24,000 nucleotides of DNA from an uncultured Clostridia bacterium (GTDB lineage: Bacteria; Bacillota; Clostridia; Oscillospirales; Acutalibacteraceae): NCBI GenBank assembly GCA_944380775.1, contig CALWIP010000023.1:170633-194632 (forward strand), read 5' to 3'. Every line of letters begins with the position of its first letter. The first letter of the stretch is position 1. The notes below the pieces were generated by a model. That model was not told the origin of the DNA, did not search any database, and saw nothing but the letters and a program-made list of their open reading frames with translations. Made by a program: the position numbers and the translations under genes. Below are positions 21,336 through 24,000 of this stretch, in pieces.

Positions 21336-22805
21336 ATGGCTGACCAAGAGAGAGGAAACCAATTCCTGCGGGAAAACATGACCATGCTCACCGACTTTTA
21401 CGAGCTAACGATGGCGAACGGCTACTTTGCCAACGGCTTTGCAGACACCACCGTTTACTTTGACATGTTCTTCCGGCGCGTGCCGGACGGCGGCGGCTTC
21501 GCGATTATGGCAGGCGTACAGCAGCTGGTGGAATACCTGGAAAACCTCCATTTCACCGCGGAAGACATCGCGTTCCTGCGCGCCAAAAAGCTATTCAGCG
21601 AAGATTTTTTGAACTACCTGCAAAATTTTGAATTCAGCTGCGACGTGTGGGCCGTGCCGGAGGGCACCCCGATCTTCCCGGGCGAGCCGATTGTTACCGT
21701 GCGCGGCCCGGTGGTGCAGGCGCAGTTCATTGAGACCATGGTGCTGCTGAGCATCAACCACCAGAGTATGATTGCAACCAAGGCCAACCGCATTGTGCGC
21801 GCCGCCCAGGGCCGCGCGGTGATGGAATTCGGCTCCCGCCGGGCGCAGGGCTGCGACGGCGCGGTGTACGGCGCGCGCGCCGCTTATATCGGCGGCTGCT
21901 GCGGCACAGCCTGCACCATCTCGGACCGCCGCTTCGGCATCCCCGCCCTGGGGACAATGGCGCACAGCTGGGTGCAGATGTTTGACACCGAGCTCGACGC
22001 CTTCCGCGCTTACGCAAAAGAATACCCCCACCAGTGCACCCTGCTGGTGGACACTTACAACGTGCTGAAATCCGGCGTACCAAACGCCATCCGGGTCTTC
22101 CGGGAGGAGCTGCTGCCGCAGGGCTTCCGCCCCGCCGGCATCCGCATCGACAGCGGCGACATCACCTACCTTTCGCGCAAGGCGCGCCAGATGCTGGACG
22201 ACGCCGGTTTTGAAGACTGCAAGATTTGCGCCTCCAATTCGCTGGATGAATATATCATCCGGGACATGCTCATCCAGGGCGCGCAGGTGGACAGCTTCGG
22301 CGTCGGCGAACGGCTCATTACCTCTTCCTCCGAGCCGGTGTTTGGGGGCGTGTACAAATTGTCCGGCGTGGAAACGCCGGACGGCGCCATCATCCCGAAG
22401 ATTAAAATCTCGGAAAATGTCTCGAAAATCACCACGCCGTGCTTCAAGAAGCTCTGGCGCCTGTTTGACCGGGAGAGCGGCAAGGCGATTGCGGACCTGA
22501 TTACGCTGCACGACGAAGTGGTGGACGACAGCAAACCGTATGTTCTCTTTGACCCGGAGCATGTGTGGAAGCGCAAACAGGTGACAAATTTCCGCGCGGT
22601 GAACCTGCGCACGCAGCTCTTCGCCAAAGGGAAAAAGGTTGCGAAGGAGCGCAGCCTGCAGGAGATTCAGGACTACTGCCGCAGCCAAGTGGACACGCTC
22701 TGGGACGAAGTGACGCGCTTTGAAAACCCGCATGAATATTATGTCGACCTTTCGCAGCCGCTTTGGGACATTAAGAACCGGCTGATCTGCGAGCACACGA
22801 TGTGA
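21336..22805 (+). CDS. pncB: Nicotinate phosphoribosyltransferase
   Basis: 489 aa. Contains N-terminal LTDFYELTMANGYF, then EFGSRRAQG, GTMAHSWVQ and IRIDSGD, matching the NAPRTase family. GGAAGGA lies 6 nt upstream of the ATG. Confidence 0.9.
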   Translation: MADQERGNQFLRENMTMLTDFYELTMANGYFANGFADTTVYFDMFFRRVPDGGGFAIMAGVQQLVEYLENLHFTAEDIAFLRAKKLFSEDFLNYLQNFEFSCDVWAVPEGTPIFPGEPIVTVRGPVVQAQFIETMVLLSINHQSMIATKANRIVRAAQGRAVMEFGSRRAQGCDGAVYGARAAYIGGCCGTACTISDRRFGIPALGTMAHSWVQMFDTELDAFRAYAKEYPHQCTLLVDTYNVLKSGVPNAIRVFREELLPQGFRPAGIRIDSGDITYLSRKARQMLDDAGFEDCKICASNSLDEYIIRDMLIQGAQVDSFGVGERLITSSSEPVFGGVYKLSGVETPDGAIIPKIKISENVSKITTPCFKKLWRLFDRESGKAIADLITLHDEVVDDSKPYVLFDPEHVWKRKQVTNFRAVNLRTQLFAKGKKVAKERSLQEIQDYCRSQVDTLWDEVTRFENPHEYYVDLSQPLWDIKNRLICEHTM

Positions 22806-22822
22806 CGGCAACGCCGCGCGCC

Positions 22823-22851
22823 TTGACTTTTGCCGGGAGATCCGATAAAAT
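22823..22851 (+). promoter_or_regulatory. Promoter for RNase P RNA
   Basis: TTGACT (22823-22828), a 17-nt spacer and TAAAAT (22846-22851). This places the start ~22858, at the 5' strand of helix P1. Confidence 0.6.
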
Positions 22852-22858
22852 GAAAAGC

Positions 22859-23205
22859 GCGAGCAGGCCAGACGGCTGCGGGCAGCGCCCGAAAGAGCCT
22901 GCCTGAGGAAAGTCCGAGCTCCACAGGGCAAGAATAACGGCTAACGGCCGCCGGGGGCGACCCTAGGGAAAGTGCAACAGAGAGATACCGCCGCCCAGTG
23001 CGGTAAGGGTGGAAAGGCGAGGTAAGAGCTCACCAGCGCGCGGGAGACCGCGCGGCTCTGCAAACCCTATTCGGAGCAACACCGTGGAGGGACACATGCG
23101 CCGGCCCGGCGCGTCCCGAGGAGGTGGCACTGAGCCGCGACGGCAACGTCCGGCCAAGATAGATGGCCGTCCAAGACAGAACTCGGCTTACAGGCCTGGT
23201 CGCAC
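22859..23205 (+). ncRNA. rnpB: RNase P RNA, bacterial type A
   Basis: Universally conserved blocks are present: GAGGAAAGTCCGAGCTCCACAGGGCA, GGGAAAGTGCAACAGAGAG, GGTAAGAGCTCACCAG and ACAGAACTCGGCTTACAGG. The ends GCGAGCAGGCC (22859-22869) and GGCCTGGTCGC (23193-23203) pair as helix P1. Confidence 0.9.
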
Positions 23206-23209
23206 TAAA

Positions 23210-23240
23210 AGGCCGGGGATTCTTCCCCTGCCTTTTCTTT
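23210..23240. terminator. Bidirectional terminator between rnpB and cysK
   Basis: AGGC-c-GGGGA ttct TCCCC-t-GCCT (23210-23233), followed by TTTTCTTT on the plus strand and preceded by AAAA. Confidence 0.55.
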
Positions 23241-23244
23241 GCGC

Positions 23245-24000
23245 TTATTCGTTTTCAAACAGCGGTGTGGAAAAATACCGCTCGGCCGTGTCCGGCAGCA
23301 CAGTGACAACCGTTTTGCCCGGCCCCAGCTTTTTGGCCAGTTGCAGCGCGGCGGCCACATTGGTGCCGCTGGAGATGCCGCACATCATCCCCTCCAGCCG
23401 CGCGAGGTCCTTCGCCGTTTGGATGGCCTCTTCGTCGGAGACGATGTAGATGTGGTCGTAAATCTCCCGGTTCAAATTCCCCGGGATGAGGCCGTCGCCA
23501 ATCCCCATCTGCAAATGGGTGCCGATATTGCCTCCCGCGAGGATGGCCGCGTTTTCCGGCTCCACCGCCCAAATTTCGATGCCGGGATTCTGCGCTTTGA
23601 GCACCTCGCCAATGCCACTGATGGTGCCGCCGGTGCCGATGCCGGAACAAAAGCCGTGGATCGGCCCCGCCACCTGTTCCATGATCTCCAGGCCCGTGTG
23701 GTGCTTGTGCGCCAGCGGGTTGGCCGGGTTCTCAAACTGCTGCGGGATGAATACATGCGGGTCCTTCGCCGCCATCTGCTCGGCAATGCGCATGCACTCG
23801 GCGATGCACTCGCCGATATTCCCCGCGTCGTGCACCAGTACAACCTCCGCTCCGTAATGCCGCACCAGCTTCCGGCGTTCTTCGCTCACGGAATCCGGCA
23901 TGACGATGACGGTGCGGTAGCCGCGCACCGCGCCGATGAGCGCGAGGCCGATGCCCTGGTTGCCGCTTGTCGGCTCAACGATGACCGTGTCCGCGTGGAT
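23245..24000 (-). CDS. cysK: Cysteine synthase / O-acetylserine sulfhydrylase (PLP-dependent; 5' end beyond the right edge)
   Basis: The minus-strand frame is open to the window edge. It reads IHADTVIVEPTSGNQGIGLALIGAVRGYRTVIVMPDS...GFCSGIGTGGTISGIGEVLK...SSGTNVAAALQLAKK, the CysK/CysM fold-type II PLP signature. Confidence 0.85.
   Translation of the reverse strand: MHADTVIVEPTSGNQGIGLALIGAVRGYRTVIVMPDSVSEERRKLVRHYGAEVVLVHDAGNIGECIAECMRIAEQMAAKDPHVFIPQQFENPANPLAHKHHTGLEIMEQVAGPIHGFCSGIGTGGTISGIGEVLKAQNPGIEIWAVEPENAAILAGGNIGTHLQMGIGDGLIPGNLNREIYDHIYIVSDEEAIQTAKDLARLEGMMCGISSGTNVAAALQLAKKLGPGKTVVTVLPDTAERYFSTPLFENE

Noticed and set aside
21591-22931. 446-aa minus-strand ORF over pncB, running into rnpB
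   Set aside because: It is antisense to a well-supported NAPRTase and overlaps the RNase P RNA. The composition is low complexity and Arg/Ala/His-rich.
1-24000. Window-wide look for CRISPR arrays, IS or transposase genes, integrases, prophage genes, tRNAs, rRNAs and long direct repeats
   Set aside because: I found no repeat-spacer periodicity, no transposase or integrase-like ORF and no tRNA cloverleaf. RNase P RNA and the candidate retron RNA are the only non-coding RNAs I can support.

Overview
High-GC (roughly two-thirds G+C by eye) chromosomal segment from a Firmicutes/Clostridia-type organism, probably a spore-former. That placement is inferred from gene content and order. Positions 1-9.9 kb form one co-directional minus-strand housekeeping block that mirrors the B. 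subtilis yqf region: yqfC-yqfD-phoH-ybeY-dgkA-era-(yqzL-like)-recO, then mutS2, a membrane-anchored hypothetical, and ylxM-ffh. ylbJ diverges from this block and is followed by two small uncharacterised genes. Positions 15.8-24 kb hold ordinary metabolism and maintenance genes: kdgK-eda with a divergent IclR regulator, uppP, araD, a small XRE regulator on a lower-GC patch, pncB, RNase P RNA and cysK. The standout is 11.98-15.77 kb. A sigma70-like promoter fires into a roughly 190-nt densely structured non-coding region closed by a long-range inverted repeat. Next comes a 341-aa reverse transcriptase with retron signature motifs (NAxxH, YSDD, VTG). Its stop codon overlaps the start codon of a canonical endonuclease IV gene (nfo), which is followed closely by PTS enzyme I (ptsI). 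I interpret this as a retron (msr-msd ncRNA plus RT) with no recognised effector family, instead translationally coupled to an AP endonuclease. That makes it a candidate undescribed retron configuration, but all of this is inferred from sequence alone. No CRISPR array, transposase, integrase, prophage gene or tRNA was seen. Many long ORFs in the six-frame track are antisense artefacts of the high G+C.
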